A stretch of DNA of 64,000 bases from positions 89,094,001-89,158,000 of the forward strand of contig OX597819.1 in the NCBI GenBank assembly GCA_951406725.2. The letters are read 5' to 3'. A program made the translations under genes and the position numbers. Shown piece after piece: positions 13,405 through 26,772 of this stretch (its first letter is position 1; the number at the start of each line of letters is the position of its first letter). This DNA comes from Octopus vulgaris. Lineage: Eukaryota. The notes beneath the pieces were generated by a model. It was not told where the DNA came from and did no database searches. It worked only from the letters and a program-made list of their open reading frames with translations.

Positions 13405-13858
13405 GATTCCTTGAGATTTGATCATTTGATTTGCTAGAAATAGCAACCAAATCTCCCTAAAATTTCTTTTTTGTTGTATTAAAGAAGATATACTGAATAA
13501 TGAGGTCTTAGATAAAAATTAAAAAGGGAGGGAAAGAAATATAAAATAAGTCACAGCTATAATACCTTGTGTCATAAATTTTCTCAATGTCAAGACTGAT
13601 AGGAGGCCGTACATTAATGAGGAGGGAAGCTTCTATATGACATTGATACTCAACTTGCAAGAAACTATAGTCAAATTTCCCTCAACTGACTTCCTACAAT
13701 CTTAAAAAAGAAAAAAAATATATATTAAATGATATACTCCTAAATACACTACACCTGGAAAAAAAAACAAACAACAGGATGGTACTGGTTTGGAATGCTT
13801 TTAATCATGTTTGCTCCGTGTCAGGGCTGATGTTGAGCTACGCAAGATCAACAAAAAA
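13405..13858 (+). mobile_element. Two tandem decayed copies of a ~230 bp interspersed repeat (family F)
   Basis: ttgctagaaatagcaaccaaatctccct...gggctgatgttgagct occurs twice; related pieces at about 7.5, 16.1, 47.7 and 50.5 kb. Confidence 0.55.
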
Positions 13859-14197
13859 TACTATTCCAGCAAAACCTTATCACACACATATGCAAGCTTG
13901 CAAAAATTACAAATTATAAATAAAAAAAAATTAAAATCCACTGTTATTCTTGAAAGTCAATGCCATGATAAGTAGGAAGAAAATTTAATCTACGTTCTAT
14001 TATTATTTAAGCTGGTAGAATCATTAGCATGTTGGACAAAATACTAGGTAGTATTTTTTTTAGCATTCCATTCCAGGTTCAAATGACCATTTCAGAGTCA
14101 ATAATGTAAGCAGCACTTCAGTACTGGGGTTGTAATAGACACCTCCCCAAAATATTTCATGCCTTGTGACTATAGTGGAAAGGATTATTATTATTAT

Positions 14198-14680
14198 TAT
14201 AATCACTTGCTATATCGCGGTTCACCGATCATGCCCTCAGTACATCGCAGATTTTTCTGGCTAATATATGTAAATTTATATCACAGGCTCCTCAGTATAT
14301 CATGGTTTTCTGCAACTGATAGGTATTGATATTTTTTTAGATTTTAATTATTTCTGTGGTAAAATAAGCATTTTCACACCTAAAAACTAATAAACTAATA
14401 GTACAGTACTGCATTGTATAACATTAATTAAAATATATTAAAAGAAAATATGTAGTGTACTGCAGATGAGTAAACAAAGAATTGTATATACTGTATGGAA
14501 AAGGAAACTTGGGAGGTGAGTGTGTGGTGCTGTTTGGCATTTCTAATAAAACAGATATATATATAAATTATAAAAATAATTTTTAAAAATATACAGTGCG
14601 GTATTGTTTCTTCTTCATGGATTTTCACCTACCATGGGAGATTTTGGAACATAACACAAGCAACTGTTGAGGTATTACTG
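14198..14680. mobile_element. Tigger/pogo-type MITE
   Basis: Right end gaggtattactg|TA is a CAGT-type TIR. The left end taatcacttgctatatcgcggttcac is a damaged TIR. Confidence 0.6.
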
Positions 14681-14684
14681 TATT

Positions 14685-14814
14685 TGATGGGCATGACGGA
14701 AAGTGTCAGCTGTCCACAGCCAGAAGACTAAGGTGATACTTGTTTACTGGTCATGCTTCAAGAACCCTGCGAAGAATTCTTGCAGTTCCAGGCAATGTGG
14801 ATTTTTGTAAATTT
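14685..14814 (-). mobile_element. R4/Dong-like LINE 3' end fragment
   Basis: Minus-strand translation NLQKSTLPGTARILRRVLEA* matches the LQKxxLLGTARILRxVL C-terminus of R4/Dong elements. Confidence 0.75.
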
Positions 14815-14943
14815 CGCCAAAGTCGACTTTGCCTTTCATCTTTTCGGGGTCAATGAATTAAGTCCCAGTGAAACACTGGGGTCAATATAATCGACTAGTC
14901 TCCTCTCCCAAAATTTCAGGCCTCGTGCCTATAGTAGAAAGGG

Positions 14944-15297
14944 TTATTACCTCTGCCTTAGCAAAGGCAGAGTTATTATTTTCAGTCATGTTTGTTTGTT
15001 TGTCTCAAGAACTGCTGGATGGATTTGAATGTAACTTTCAGGAATGTTTGGCCTCATGACTGCATGAACTGATTAAATTTTGGGATTGATCTGGTACCAG
15101 ACAAGGATTCTTAATTTATTTTTCCTTTTTTTTTACTGAAAATGAACCCAATCGCTCTCAGAAATTAAGTATTCCCGTTTGTGAGAGCAGTCGAGTTTAT
15201 TTCAGATATTCTCATTTAAAAAATCCTCTCTGGCTAATCATTGAGAGGATGTTGATGTTGCCTTGGCAGAGGTTTGCACTCTCTGAGTGCTCTTGTT
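14944..15297 (+). mobile_element. Helentron-associated interspersed element (HINE/DINE-like)
   Basis: 5' ttattacctctgcc with a short palindrome, subterminal inverted repeat acctctgcc/ggcagaggt, 3' hairpin gcactc-tct-gagtgc, end cttgtt in a TT context. Confidence 0.8.
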
Positions 15298-15309
15298 ATT
15301 ATTATCATT

Positions 15310-15497
15310 AGGGTAGCCAACTGGCAGGATCGTTAGCATGCTGGACAAAACGCTTAGTGGTATTGCTGTTGCTATTTCATTTGAGTTCAAATTCCGCTGG
15401 GGTCAACTTTACTTTTCTTGCTTTCAGGGTCAATAAATTAAGTACCAGTGAAACATTGGGGTTGATGTAATCAACTAGTTTCTTCCCCCAAAATTTC
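15310..15497 (+). mobile_element. SINE family B
   Basis: ctggcaggatcgttagcatgc...gagttcaaattccgctggggtcaac. Confidence 0.8.
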
Positions 15498-15673
15498 AGG
15501 TCCCACTGCGTACCACTTTGGCTAAGTGTCTTCTACTAATAAGCTTTGGGTTGACCATAGTCTTGTGGATTTGGTAGACAGAAAGGAGCCATATACATAT
15601 GTGTGTGAGTGTGTTTGTGGTGTTTGTCTTCGTGTCTGTGTTTGTTCCCCACAACCATAAATTTACTAACGAG

Positions 15674-15822
15674 TGCAGGCATGGAGTGGTAAGAAGCTTG
15701 CTTCCCAACCACATGATTCTGGGTTCAGCCCCACTGCATGGCACCTTGGGCAAGTGTCTTCTACTAAGTCTCGAGCCAACCAAAGCCTTGTGAGTGGATT
15801 TGGCAGACAGAAAGAAGCCATA

Positions 15823-15853
<31 letters not shown>

Positions 15854-16075
15854 ACGTGTGCATGTCTTTGTGTCAGCGTTTATCCACCACCACTTGACAA
15901 CCAGTGTTGGTGTGTTCACATGCCCGTTACTTAGTAGTTCAACAACAAGAGAGCGATAGAACAAGTACCAGGCTTAGAAAAATAAAAGTACTGAGGTTAA
16001 TTCATTTAATTAAAAATTCTTCAAAGCAATGCCCCAGCATGGCCGCAGTCTAATGACTGAAACAGGTATAAAAGG
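15674..16075 (+). mobile_element. SINE family A, preceded by a partial copy at 15495-15655
   Basis: Full head-to-tail match to the copy at 7005-7394. Confidence 0.85.
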
Positions 16076-17723
16076 TAAGATAACATTTATTCCACTAACT
16101 TCCAAATTAAACAACAGAGGTAATAATGAGCCAAAATGCTAAAAATACCAGCCAAGACCCCCTCAAGTTACACAATAGTTTTAAAAACAGGGGACGGGGA
16201 CAGGCACACACATGATAATGTTAGTCCTGGGTTGAGAGATCTATTCAGTCAGGACTAGCCTAGAGCTAAACAACAGCACAAACAAATTAGACATGCGTCA
16301 TGTTCGGCAACATTCATCTATTGGTACCAAGCTTTTATTTTTATGAGAAGACACTCCTAAGAAGGTGGAAAGAAAAGCAGCAATAAAACAGGCCTCGAGC
16401 ATTCACTTAGTAGGTTGGGTGTTACAAAAGAAAAATTCTAATATCAGTGTGTGTGTGTTTGTATATGTATAAGCATGTATGCATGCATGCTCGCACATTC
16501 AGATGGCTTACTTGTGTACTAACTTCATTGATTTCTTTATATCCTTATTTATCATAATACTTATATCTATGATGTATCAATTGAATGCACTTTTATAATT
16601 TATCTGTGGAGTTCTCGTATGGTTTTATAAAGTTCAGTGTAATAAACGCTTCACCTACATTTTCTGAAGACGTTGTGAGTGGCTGTGTGTGCATGTAAAT
16701 ATGCAGTGGGTATGAGAATAAGAGAGAATGCGTATGTGTGTGTGTGTGCATGTAGATATAAAGTATGAAAGAATGAGAGAAAAAGTGTGTGTGTGTATGT
16801 ACATGTAAATATGTAGTGTGTGTGTGTGTGTGTGTGTGAGAATAAGAAAGAGAAAACAGAAATTACTTAAGAAAAGCTACCTAGTTGCAAGAAACCTTTA
16901 CTTTAATAAAGCACCAAGTCAATAAAAAGGAGAAAAGCTGCTAGTATTACTAGATAAATACAGTTCGATGGCATTCAGCACACTTTGATGGAAGATAATT
17001 CAACAAGTAGCAGAAATGAAGTAGGTGAATGAAACAAAATGAAATCAAGGTTAAATTTGTTCCATTCAATATCCATGGTAAAGTGTCATTATTATATTGT
17101 GACTCTAGGCGGCAAGACATTTAACTACTTGGCAAATGCTTCACACCCAATCAAGGAAGTGGTACATTAAATTTCTGCTATACTGAAAGGCAATAATAGA
17201 ACACCTCCTGTCAGTTTATACACTGTCTAAAGTTAAAAGATTAATCTTTTTCCAAGTGTCAACTGGTAAATTGCCAGCCATTGCGAGATTACTTTTTCAA
17301 AAATTCTAACCTATGAATTTGGTAGTAAGTTATTTTACTTATATAGATACATATTAAAGAGAGGTTAATACTATATAACAGCCAAATTGGCACCGAACCT
17401 TTTATTTTACAGGCTTAAAAGCATGCACACACGCGCACACACACATATATATATATACAGATATAATGGTCACTATGTGAGTATGTTGGTTCTGTGTAAT
17501 ACTGTCAACATGATCAAGCAATGATTGGATCAGATCCACACTGTAAGTAGAGAATATTAAAACATCTCCTTCTGAAATTACATAGATTAATAATTTCAAA
17601 AGAGAAAACTTCCACCCAACTGACTGGCATGAAATCACTCTCCAATACACTCCAGCTTCTGATCTTTAGATCTGCTGTTTCCTATCTCTCTCTCTGCTTT
17701 TCAATTTTTATTTCATCAGAAGG

Positions 17724-17900
17724 GAGCTCGATGTAAATGCCAAACTAACTATCTTCAATTCAGTTTTCATGCCTGCCTTTACCTATGGCCATGGATCTTG
17801 GGTAATGACCGAAAGAACATAATTGCAAACATAAACAGCCAAAATGAAGTTCTTCTGGAGAATCTTTGAAGTAATGTTATTCAATGGAATGCATAGCTCA
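17724..17900 (+). mobile_element. RTE/Expander LINE fragment (post-RT C-terminal region), decayed
   Basis: Translation ELDVNAKLTIFNSVFMPAFTYGHGSWVMTERT*LQT*TAKMKFFWRI resembles the RTE PTLTYGHExWVMTER...AEMxFLRR motif. Confidence 0.8.
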
Positions 17901-18557
17901 AAGACTGGATAGAACAAGTACCAGATTTAGAAATAAGTACTAGGGTTGATTTATTTGACTAAATCCTTCAAGGCAGTGCTGCAGCATGGCTTCATTCCAG
18001 TGACCGAAACATGTAAACAATACAAAATTCCTGTACTAAAAGCAAAAATAAGTCACTCATGTTTTGTTTTATTAAAAAGACTGGAGATAATTTACTGAAA
18101 GAGTGGAAAAATTTAGTAACCATTTATTACCAAGAATATAGTATAAGTGTATCAAAAGAGACGGTCCTCTATCATTTATGAAGTACTATGAATTGTGGTT
18201 TCTATGTGAACAATGCTCTATATCACTACCGGCTGGTTCTTTGTAGTCTTCAGCACAGTTCATTTTGTGGCAAACATTCATACCAGGCACCCCATTTCTG
18301 TTAATACTGACCATTGAACACTGAGTATCAAACTCTGAGCATCAAACATTGACCATTGAACAGTGAGCATCAAACTAACCATCAAACATTGACTTTTGTA
18401 TGTCCAGGCTGAATACTAAGCCAGATACAACCTCATAAGTCTGGGAAAACTTCTTTAAAAAGTTTTGGGACACTAACCTACCTCCTCTGAATTATTTAAC
18501 ACTTTTTTTTTTAATCTTGGGGTTAGTAACCTGCACTCTTAACCATTATACTATATC

Positions 18558-18645
18558 CCTGTGGTTAAGAACAAGGGCTACTAACCTAAAGATTCTGAGT
18601 TCAATTCCAGGCAGTGCCTTGAATAAATAATAATAATAACATTTT
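18558..18645 (+). mobile_element. Truncated tRNA head of SINE family E
   Basis: gtggttaagaacaagggctactaacctaaagattctgagttcaattccaggcagtg matches 53801-53857. Confidence 0.7.
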
Positions 18646-18717
18646 TTTAATGATAATTTTGGCCCACTTCCCTCACCTCCAAAGACTTTAGCTTTGGATA
18701 AAAATTATGGGAATATG

Positions 18718-19109
18718 TGCAGGCATGACTGTATGGTAAGAAATTTGCTTCCCAGTCACATGATTTGGGGTTCAGAACCACTGTGTGGAATCTTGCATAA
18801 TTGTCTTCTACAATAGTTCCAGATCAACCAAAGCCTTGTGAGTAGATTTGGTAGATAGAAACTGAAAGAAGCCCATCTTATATATATATATATATGTGTA
18901 TGTATGTGTGCTTGTGTTTGTTTTTATGTATGTGTGCTTGTGTTTGTTTTTATGTCTGTCCCCTCCTACCAGCGTTGGTTTGTTTACATCCTTGTAACCT
19001 AAGAGTTTGGCAAGCGAGAGAGACTAATAGAATAAGCAACTAAACCCATCAAGGTGGTGCCCCAGCATGTCCACAGTCCAACGAGTGAAACAAGTAAAAG
19101 ATAAAAAGA
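18718..19109 (+). mobile_element. SINE family A (older, diverged copy)
   Basis: Head and tail both recognisable. Confidence 0.8.
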
Positions 19110-19439
19110 TACTTTTACAGAATCATAAGTTTAGTTCACTATCTGAAGCCAGAAGACAGCTAAGCAAAACAAAATCTCAGTTATCATCTAGTATTGAGGT
19201 TCCACAGCTTTTGTGTGCAAGGGTAATCAACCAGATAGTACCCACATAGTTGGTATGATGTCAATAAGGTCATCGTTGCTACATATCTGGCAGATAACAC
19301 TTCTTCTCACAGTAGACTATTTTGTAGCAGTGTTTTTGTTTACACAGATGTAAGAATAAGGTGCTTAAAACCCCCCACCTCCCTTTGAAGACATTTAAAA
19401 CTCGTCAAGAATGCAACATACACTCACAAAAAATGGCTA

Positions 19440-19820
19440 GGACTGCAGCCATGCTGAGGGCACTGCTGTGAAGGGTTTTAGTGGCTCCACACCCACCTAA
19501 TATTTGACACCAATATTTATTTATTTATCTGTTTGGTTCTTATTCTATCAGTCTATTTTATCAAACCACTGTCATGGGGACATAAACAAACCAACAGTGG
19601 TTGCCAAATGGTGGTAGTGGGTGGGTAACAAACACAAGCACAAAGACCCCACACACACACACACATCTATCTATGTGACAGACTTCCACATAGTGTTTGT
19701 CTACCAGATTCATTCATAAGGCACTGACTGGCCTGGGGCTATAGCAGAAGACAGTTGCCCAAAAGGCCACGAAGTGAGGTTGAACCCAAATCCATGTGGT
19801 TGCAAAGTCAGCCTCTTAAC
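19440..19820 (-). mobile_element. SINE family A (diverged)
   Basis: Reverse-complement match ending in cagccatgcctgcacc. Confidence 0.75.
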
Positions 19821-20744
19821 CATGCAGCCATGCCTGCACCTCTTAAAAACAGACGAAACAAAAGAAAAACAACCCATAGGTGAAATATTGCAAAGTTCAA
19901 AGAAACATTCATTAACAAAAAAAGTTTAAGTATTAAACAAAAAAACTATTTTAAAAGCGAGAAAATTTTTCTTTTCCTTTTCTTTTTTGCTATGGATATA
20001 AAATTACAATTATTAAAAGTAAAATAAGAAGGTAAAGCTTATTTATAAGTAATAAGAAATATTAACATTATTTACTCACTTTTTTTAATTACAGTTTATT
20101 AGAAAACATAATCAAAATAAATTCATAAGAATTCATTAGGTGAAGAGTCAACAAACAACAACAATAATAATAATGATAATAATAATAATAATAATATTAA
20201 TAATAATAATGTAAGGAGAAAGAAGTGTGTTTGATAAATTTCCCAGTTTTATAATTATAAAGAAATTGATTTCATGCAAGTTTTCAATAACATTCTGTTA
20301 ATATAGTATTTTAAATTTTAATAACCTACCCTAGATTGTAGAATATTATGAGAAAAGTTTCAAGATAAAATTTTAAATCAATTTATCCTTCAGAAAGATG
20401 TTTCCAACTAATTAATTACAGTTTCAGCTATTTTAATTAGAAATTTAATTATTGCCAAATTCTTAATTCAAAACAAGTACAAGATCTTCGAATGAGTTTT
20501 TTTTCTTCTTTTTTTTCTGTTAAGCAGACAAACTGTCAGAGAAAGTCAGAAATTATTACACTGATTACTCAATTCCAGAGATAGATATAAGGAAAAATAT
20601 AAGGATGCCAAGGAGTACCACAATAGTAGGGGTGCTGTTGTCCGGGGTATGACTGTAACCCTTTCACATATGGATTTCTCAGTCATATTTATTTATCTAG
20701 TTTCAGCTCACAAGCTGTGGCCATGCTGGGGCACTGCCATTTGT

Positions 20745-20915
20745 AATGTTTATTTACATTATTTTCACTGTATCATGCATTATCTCCTAGCTTTGAGATT
20801 TTGATGATTTTAGAATGACAATGTAGGGTGGGTGTGAAAAGTTAGATCTGGTTGGTTTGGACATAAAACTGGTAGAATATCTGGGCCAGATATGGCTGGT
20901 TTAAATGCTGAAGGG
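20745..20915. mobile_element. piggyBac-type MITE, 5'-truncated
   Basis: Ends aatgctgaaggg|TTAA; internal sequence matches 25865-26082. Confidence 0.7.
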
Positions 20916-21854
20916 TTAAACTCCATCAATTAGCAGGGCCCTGATATAAGGGTTCTGGGGTTTTGTGTGGAGCCATTTCTTAGCCACTGTTGTTCCCCAG
21001 TTTATGCTGACCTAGAGAAATAGCACCTGTAAGAGTCCCAGGTATGGGTAGATTACGCTATGGAATTATCTCTCAAAGATGGTCTCTAACAGCCCCCGCA
21101 ATGGATCCAAGGTAGATGAAGCCCTTCAACTCTTTAGCTGGTCATCTAAGAGACGGTAACTCCATACAAATTGTGCATCTTGATTACTGGGCTCATGGAA
21201 CTTATTGCAACAGGCCAATACACGTTTGACAGATGAGAGAGTGGGAATAGATCTGCACAAACCATTTCCACTATAATATTCAACACGCAGGTTGTTCAGC
21301 AAACCAAGACACCAGCATCAACGCCATCAGACTTTCTTCATAAATCCAGTTGGAGATAGAGAAAGAAGCAATGAGACACAAGTAGAGATTGCCACCGGAA
21401 GTCTTCAGCTTTGACTATACACATAGGCAGCCATAATGTGGTGATTGTTTTAGATGTGTCTTACTGAACCCACCCTTATCAAAGCAACAGGAGTCCACCA
21501 CACCACTGAACTTGGCAAAAGTTAACATTTATTTCAAATTGAAGCGTATTGAAATTAAAGACCTAAATTACAACCTCAGCTTTATATAGAGGCAATGATT
21601 ATCGCAAAGACGACAGAGCCCAGGTTCTCAAGAACAGTAACAATATTCAAAATAGCTCTAATATTTGATGACATTGGTTTTTCAATTGATAATCTGCAAT
21701 CAATTATTTTTTATCTCTATAAGTACAGTGCTTATATTAGTATTACAAATCCTTTAATATTTGTTATACTGGCAAATAAAAGGAGTTAAAATAATATCCA
21801 GTTATTTAAAATATAATTCAAAAGTGTTTAGGAAAAGAGTCATCAAATGTAATT

Positions 21855-21990
21855 GACTTTGCCTTTCATCCTTTCGAGGTCGATAAATAAAGTACCAGTT
21901 ACGCACTGGGGTCAATCTAATCGACTTAATTCGTTTGTCTGTCCTTGTTTGTCCCCTCTATGTTTAGCCCTTTGTGAGCAATAAAGAAAT
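21855..21990 (+). mobile_element. SINE family B, 3' half
   Basis: gactttgcctttcatcctttcgaggtcgataa...tttagccctttgtgagcaataaagaaat. Confidence 0.8.
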
Positions 21991-22199
21991 ATATATTATA
22001 TACATCAGTTATGAAGACCACACCCCTAAATCATCAGACCCCAAACAGCCAAGATTAAAAAAAATTAAAAACATTAAATGAAAGTGAAAGGAGTTGTTGG
22101 AGTGGCTGTTATCACTAAAAACTCAACCATGTTAGCATGCTGAAATCTAACTGATCATAATGTTAGCTATGTTGTAGAGCAATTGATAAAAACAAGCAA

Positions 22200-23460
22200 T
22201 TTGAGATAATGATGAAGGAGTTGCACCTTAATATCATGTTGCTAATATGTGTTGGCATGCATTATGCAAAACTTATTATCATCCAACCAATAACACAGCT
22301 AGAACTGAAGTATTAGTGGCCCCAAATAATTAATCAGTTCATTATTATCAATGGTGACACATTGTTTCACACACTGTTTGGGACAAGTGTTTTCAGAGAA
22401 AGTCTTTTAATGAATGTTTTATAAAAGTTTTCTATCCCAAAATCAAGCAGGATTTGAAAATGACAGTGAGTGTAGATATTGTTTGGAATAAGTATCACAT
22501 GCTGACAGTCAAAGACGGCAGAAAAGAAAAGAAAATTGTTACATGAAAGAAAACATGTTTGGTAGAACCAAGATTCCAGGAAATTGACATAACTTTTTGG
22601 CAACTAAGTTGCTTTCATTCCTTTCAGTAAAACTTATGGAAATAGAGTTCCATGATAATAAATATGTCTATATAACTTTGGATGATCAAATACTCTATAC
22701 AGGAAATGGCACTCCAACCAAACAATGTAATCATGTTCTTCAAGTCTTCTAATATTCATCTCTTGGTATGGTTCACATCAAAGACTCAGATGATGTAACA
22801 TTTCTGAATGAATTACACCAGATCGTCACTCAGAAAAAGAAATTTGGATTTCATCCAAAACTGGAAGAAACCAAACTGACCTTTCTTAATCACATTGTCA
22901 CATATTTAAGACAACCTGTAAAGCAATGAATCTCTTTCATGCTTTCTCTGGATAATACAGCATATCAGCTTTCAAGCTTAAGAGTAAATGATACAATTTT
23001 ACAATGAGAGACACAAATACACATCTTATTAAAGAATTTGAAGAATCTGTAGCTACTACTGACACTCTGTATATATCACCACAATCAAAAGCAGTTGTTA
23101 TACAGTTTGTCTTTAGCCTATATACCAAGGAATTTTGCACTGATGATGCCAATGTCAATCTTTATAGGTTGAAGGAATGGAGAGAATACCCCTAACAAGT
23201 GATGCCTTGAACCAGCATCACAAAAAAGCATGCATTTGGAACACAGTTCTTGAATCAATGACTCTGAGCAAGATCCATGTATTCACAGATACACTGAGAA
23301 AGATATGAAACTCATCACAGTTTTGACTACACAACATTTTGCAAAGTAAGTGTTCAGTCTTCATGAAAAAAGGTTCCCCACACAAAATTTTCATTGCGCA
23401 AATGTAAAAAAGCAATTTGAGAGGTGTGTGGATGAGCAACTGTAAATATGCTGAATAAAT
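22200..23460 (+). pseudogene. Decayed AcademX DNA transposon coding region (XPG/PIN-like nuclease plus Cys-rich C-terminus)
   Basis: Motifs appear in order across frameshifts and stops: CWHALCK, IIING, VDIVWNKY, KIPGN*HNFL, QCNH, KDSDDV, LFHAFSG*YSISAFK, NVNLYR, ERIPLTSDALNQH, then a degenerate KCKK..NL..CK. Confidence 0.75.
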
Positions 23461-24234
23461 TAAATGTTTCCAAGTCACTGATTAATGTTTGTATTTCCAT
23501 CATAAATTTTAAAATACTTTCTACAATTTATATAACTATTTAAGGTATTTAAACTTTTGTCTTCTTTAAATTTTGGCAGTTTGGAGTCTTTGATGATTTA
23601 AGGCTATCGTTTATATAATTTGTGTACATAATATTATATAAACTTTGATATTATTTATTACATTTGACCTTTATGTTTGTTCCAAGACATTTTTGAATTA
23701 CATCTAAAAGAACTTGATATTAAAGAATTCATGTTGCTCTCATAAACACAGTAGCTTTATAAAACATAAAATAATGATAAACATTTCAGATCTTCATTTG
23801 AAAGCAAATGACACAAAATATGATGAGATCAGGTCAACTCAAAAAGTTAGTACCATCTGAACCTTGAAAACACAGGTTCATGTCCAACTAGATCTGATTG
23901 TTCATTCAACTAGGCTGATCATTATCCACTTGGGTTGGAATTGCAATTTAGACACTTATCATTAATAACAGACTAAAAGGTAAACTTCTGCATAGATCTA
24001 AAATGATTGGTTGCTGTTATAAACCAATCATATAAACTAAGAGTACAAGCTCATTTATTATATAGACAGATGCTACAAGAGATAATGCAGATGGCTTTGA
24101 AAAACTTGAAAAACAAACAAAAACAAAAGTAACAGGTAAGAAAAACAAACCCTTGGTTTCATATATTTGCTGTTTATCTCTTTTGTTATAAATTTGTGGA
24201 TTTGTAATATGTTTTTTTTATTTTCATATTAAGT

Positions 24235-24622
24235 TATTAGACTGTGGCCATGATGGAGCAAACCTTGAAGACCTTTTAGTCGAATGAATCAACCCGAGCA
24301 TTTATTTTTTCAAGCCTAGTACTTATTTTATAAGACTCTTTTGCCGAACCACTAGGTTACTGGGACATAAACACACCAACACCAGTTGTCAAGTGGTAGT
24401 GGGGGACAAACAAACACTCACACACACATATATATATAACAGGCTTCTTGCAGTTTTCATCTACCAATTCCACTCACAAGCCTTTGGTCAACCCAAGACT
24501 ATAGTAGAAGACTATAGTAGAAGACTATAGTAGAAGACACTTTGCTCAAGGTGCCATACAGTGGGACTGAACCCAAAACCATGTGGTTGAGAAGTAAACC
24601 TCCTACCACATAGCCATGCTTG
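24235..24622 (-). mobile_element. SINE family A with an internal 13-bp triplication
   Basis: Reverse-complement match; aagactatagtag occurs three times at about 24495-24535. Confidence 0.85.
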
Positions 24623-25052
24623 TGTCGATTTCTTTCAATTAATTTCAAACATGATGGAGAATTTAATAAAATAACTTTCTCCTTGGTGTCCCAGCATGGC
24701 CACAGTTTTAAAGCTGAAACAATTTAAAGAAAAATTAAAACTGTTGTCAGAAACATAAATTACCATGAAATTTTGCTGGAAGGTTACAATTTAGATCACT
24801 TTAAAATTAGGAGTGTATATCATAGACCCAGGGGTGGTGTCAGGTGGGGTGGCATCAAAAAAGGTTAATAAAAAAAAAAATGCCAGCAATATAACAACTG
24901 TTGATGAAGCCTAATGCTTTTGGCACACCTCTGTATTAAGTCTTTCTTACTCAGAGGTCAAAAACTAGAAAAAGACAGGATCAAATCATAGCCTGCAGGT
25001 GTGTTCAACAAGTATGTTAAATATCCAACTTGATTAGTAATGAAGCTGATAG

Positions 25053-25084
<32 letters not shown>

Positions 25085-25410
25085 CATTTTGTTTAATTTG
25101 GCAATCACATGTTCTACTGGTTTTCATTCTTTGCTTCAAAATTTGGCAACAAAAATCACCACACAAAAATGTATTTATTATTAGTTTAATGTTGAACTGA
25201 ATGACATGCACACATCTGCATCAAGGGATAATAAATATATAAGATAGAGAGGTCTCTACCCGCTCTCTTTCACATACATACTATGTATGTATGTATGTAT
25301 AAATGGATGGATGTCTAATGTTAAGAATAAGAATAAAAGTATTAGCTATAAACAAAATATAATAAATTTTAGTCTAACATAGGCTCAAAAGCCTACAGAT
25401 TTGTCTAGGT

Positions 25411-25784
25411 ATCTTTTATCTTTTACTTTGTTTCAGTCATTTGACTGTGGCCATGCTGGAGCACCGCCTTTAGTCAAACAAATCAACCCCAGGACTTATT
25501 CTTTGTAAGCCTAGTACTTATTCTATCGGTCTCTTTGGGGACGTAAACACACCAGCATTGGTTGTCAAGCGATGTTGGGGGGACAAACACAGACACACAC
25601 ACATATATATATACATATACATGACGGGCTTCTTTCAGTTTCCATCTACCAAATCCACTCACAAGGCTTTGGTCAGCCTGAAGCTATAGTAGAAGACACT
25701 TGCCCAAGGTGCCACGCAGTGGGACTGAACCCGGAACCATGTGGTTGGTAAGCAAGCTACTTACCACACAGCCACTCCTGCACC
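25411..25784 (-). mobile_element. Full-length young SINE, family A
   Basis: Near-identical reverse complement of the copies at 7005-7394 and 34860-35252. Confidence 0.9.
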
Positions 25785-25864
25785 TATGTACAATTGTACT
25801 AAATAAGAATTTCACTATCTTGAGGTGGGACATGTGCATATGAATGATTTAAATGTTGTCTTAA

Positions 25865-26082
25865 CCCTTTAGCATTCAGATTATTCTGTCAAATATAATG
25901 CTTATTTATTCATTGTTTTCAATTAATCATGTATTATCTTGTAGCTTTGAAATTTCGATGATGTGATTGTATATTTTTAGAATGACATTGCAATGTAGGT
26001 GTGAGGGGCTTAATCTGGTTGGTTTGAACATAAAACGGGAGGAATATTTTGGCCGGATACGACTGGTTTAAATACTAAATGG
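25865..26082. mobile_element. piggyBac-type MITE
   Basis: TTAA|ccctttagcatt ... aatactaaatgg|TTAA; TTAA target duplication at 25861-25864 and 26083-26086. Confidence 0.85.
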
Positions 26083-26338
26083 TTAAATGAAGATTTCAGA
26101 AGGCTAATGAGGATAGATACCAGATAGAGGAAGTCTAGTAGGATAAATAGCTATAAACTGGAGTAAGTAATCTTCAAATTAATTGGCACTTTTATAGTTA
26201 AGTCTTAAATATGAAGTTAAGAAGAAAGCTTTTAATAATTGAACTATTAACTGGTTTGTTGTAGTAACAAATTAGAAATATAGATTGGATGACAGAAGAG
26301 GAATTAGATTTTAATAAGCAGAAGGTAAAGAAATATAC

Positions 26339-26765
26339 TCTTTTACTTGTTTCAGTCATGTGACTGTGGCCATGCTGGAGCACCACCTTTAGTCAAGCAA
26401 ATCGACCCCAGGACTTGTTCTTTGTAAGCCTGGCACTTATTCTATCAGTTTTTTTTTTGTCAAACCGCTAAGTTACAGGGACATAAACACACCAGCATCG
26501 GTTGTCAAGTGATGTTGGGGGGACAAACATATACACACACATACATATATATAATAGGGGGATAGTTCACAAAAAAAAACAAAAGACGAAGACAGGTGGT
26601 GTAGAAAACAAACAGATGTATTAGTATAACACACACACATATATGACAGGCTTCTTTCAGTTTCAATCTACCAAATTCCACTTGCCAAGGTGCCACGCAG
26701 TGGGACTGAACCCAGAACCATGTGGTTCATACGCAAGCTACTTACCACACAGCCACTCCTATGCC
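26339..26765 (-). mobile_element. SINE family A with a pLTR-like fragment inserted in its internal microsatellite (26555-26631)
   Basis: Reverse-complement match; the insert resembles 38915-38975. Confidence 0.8.
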
Positions 26766-26772
26766 TATTGAT

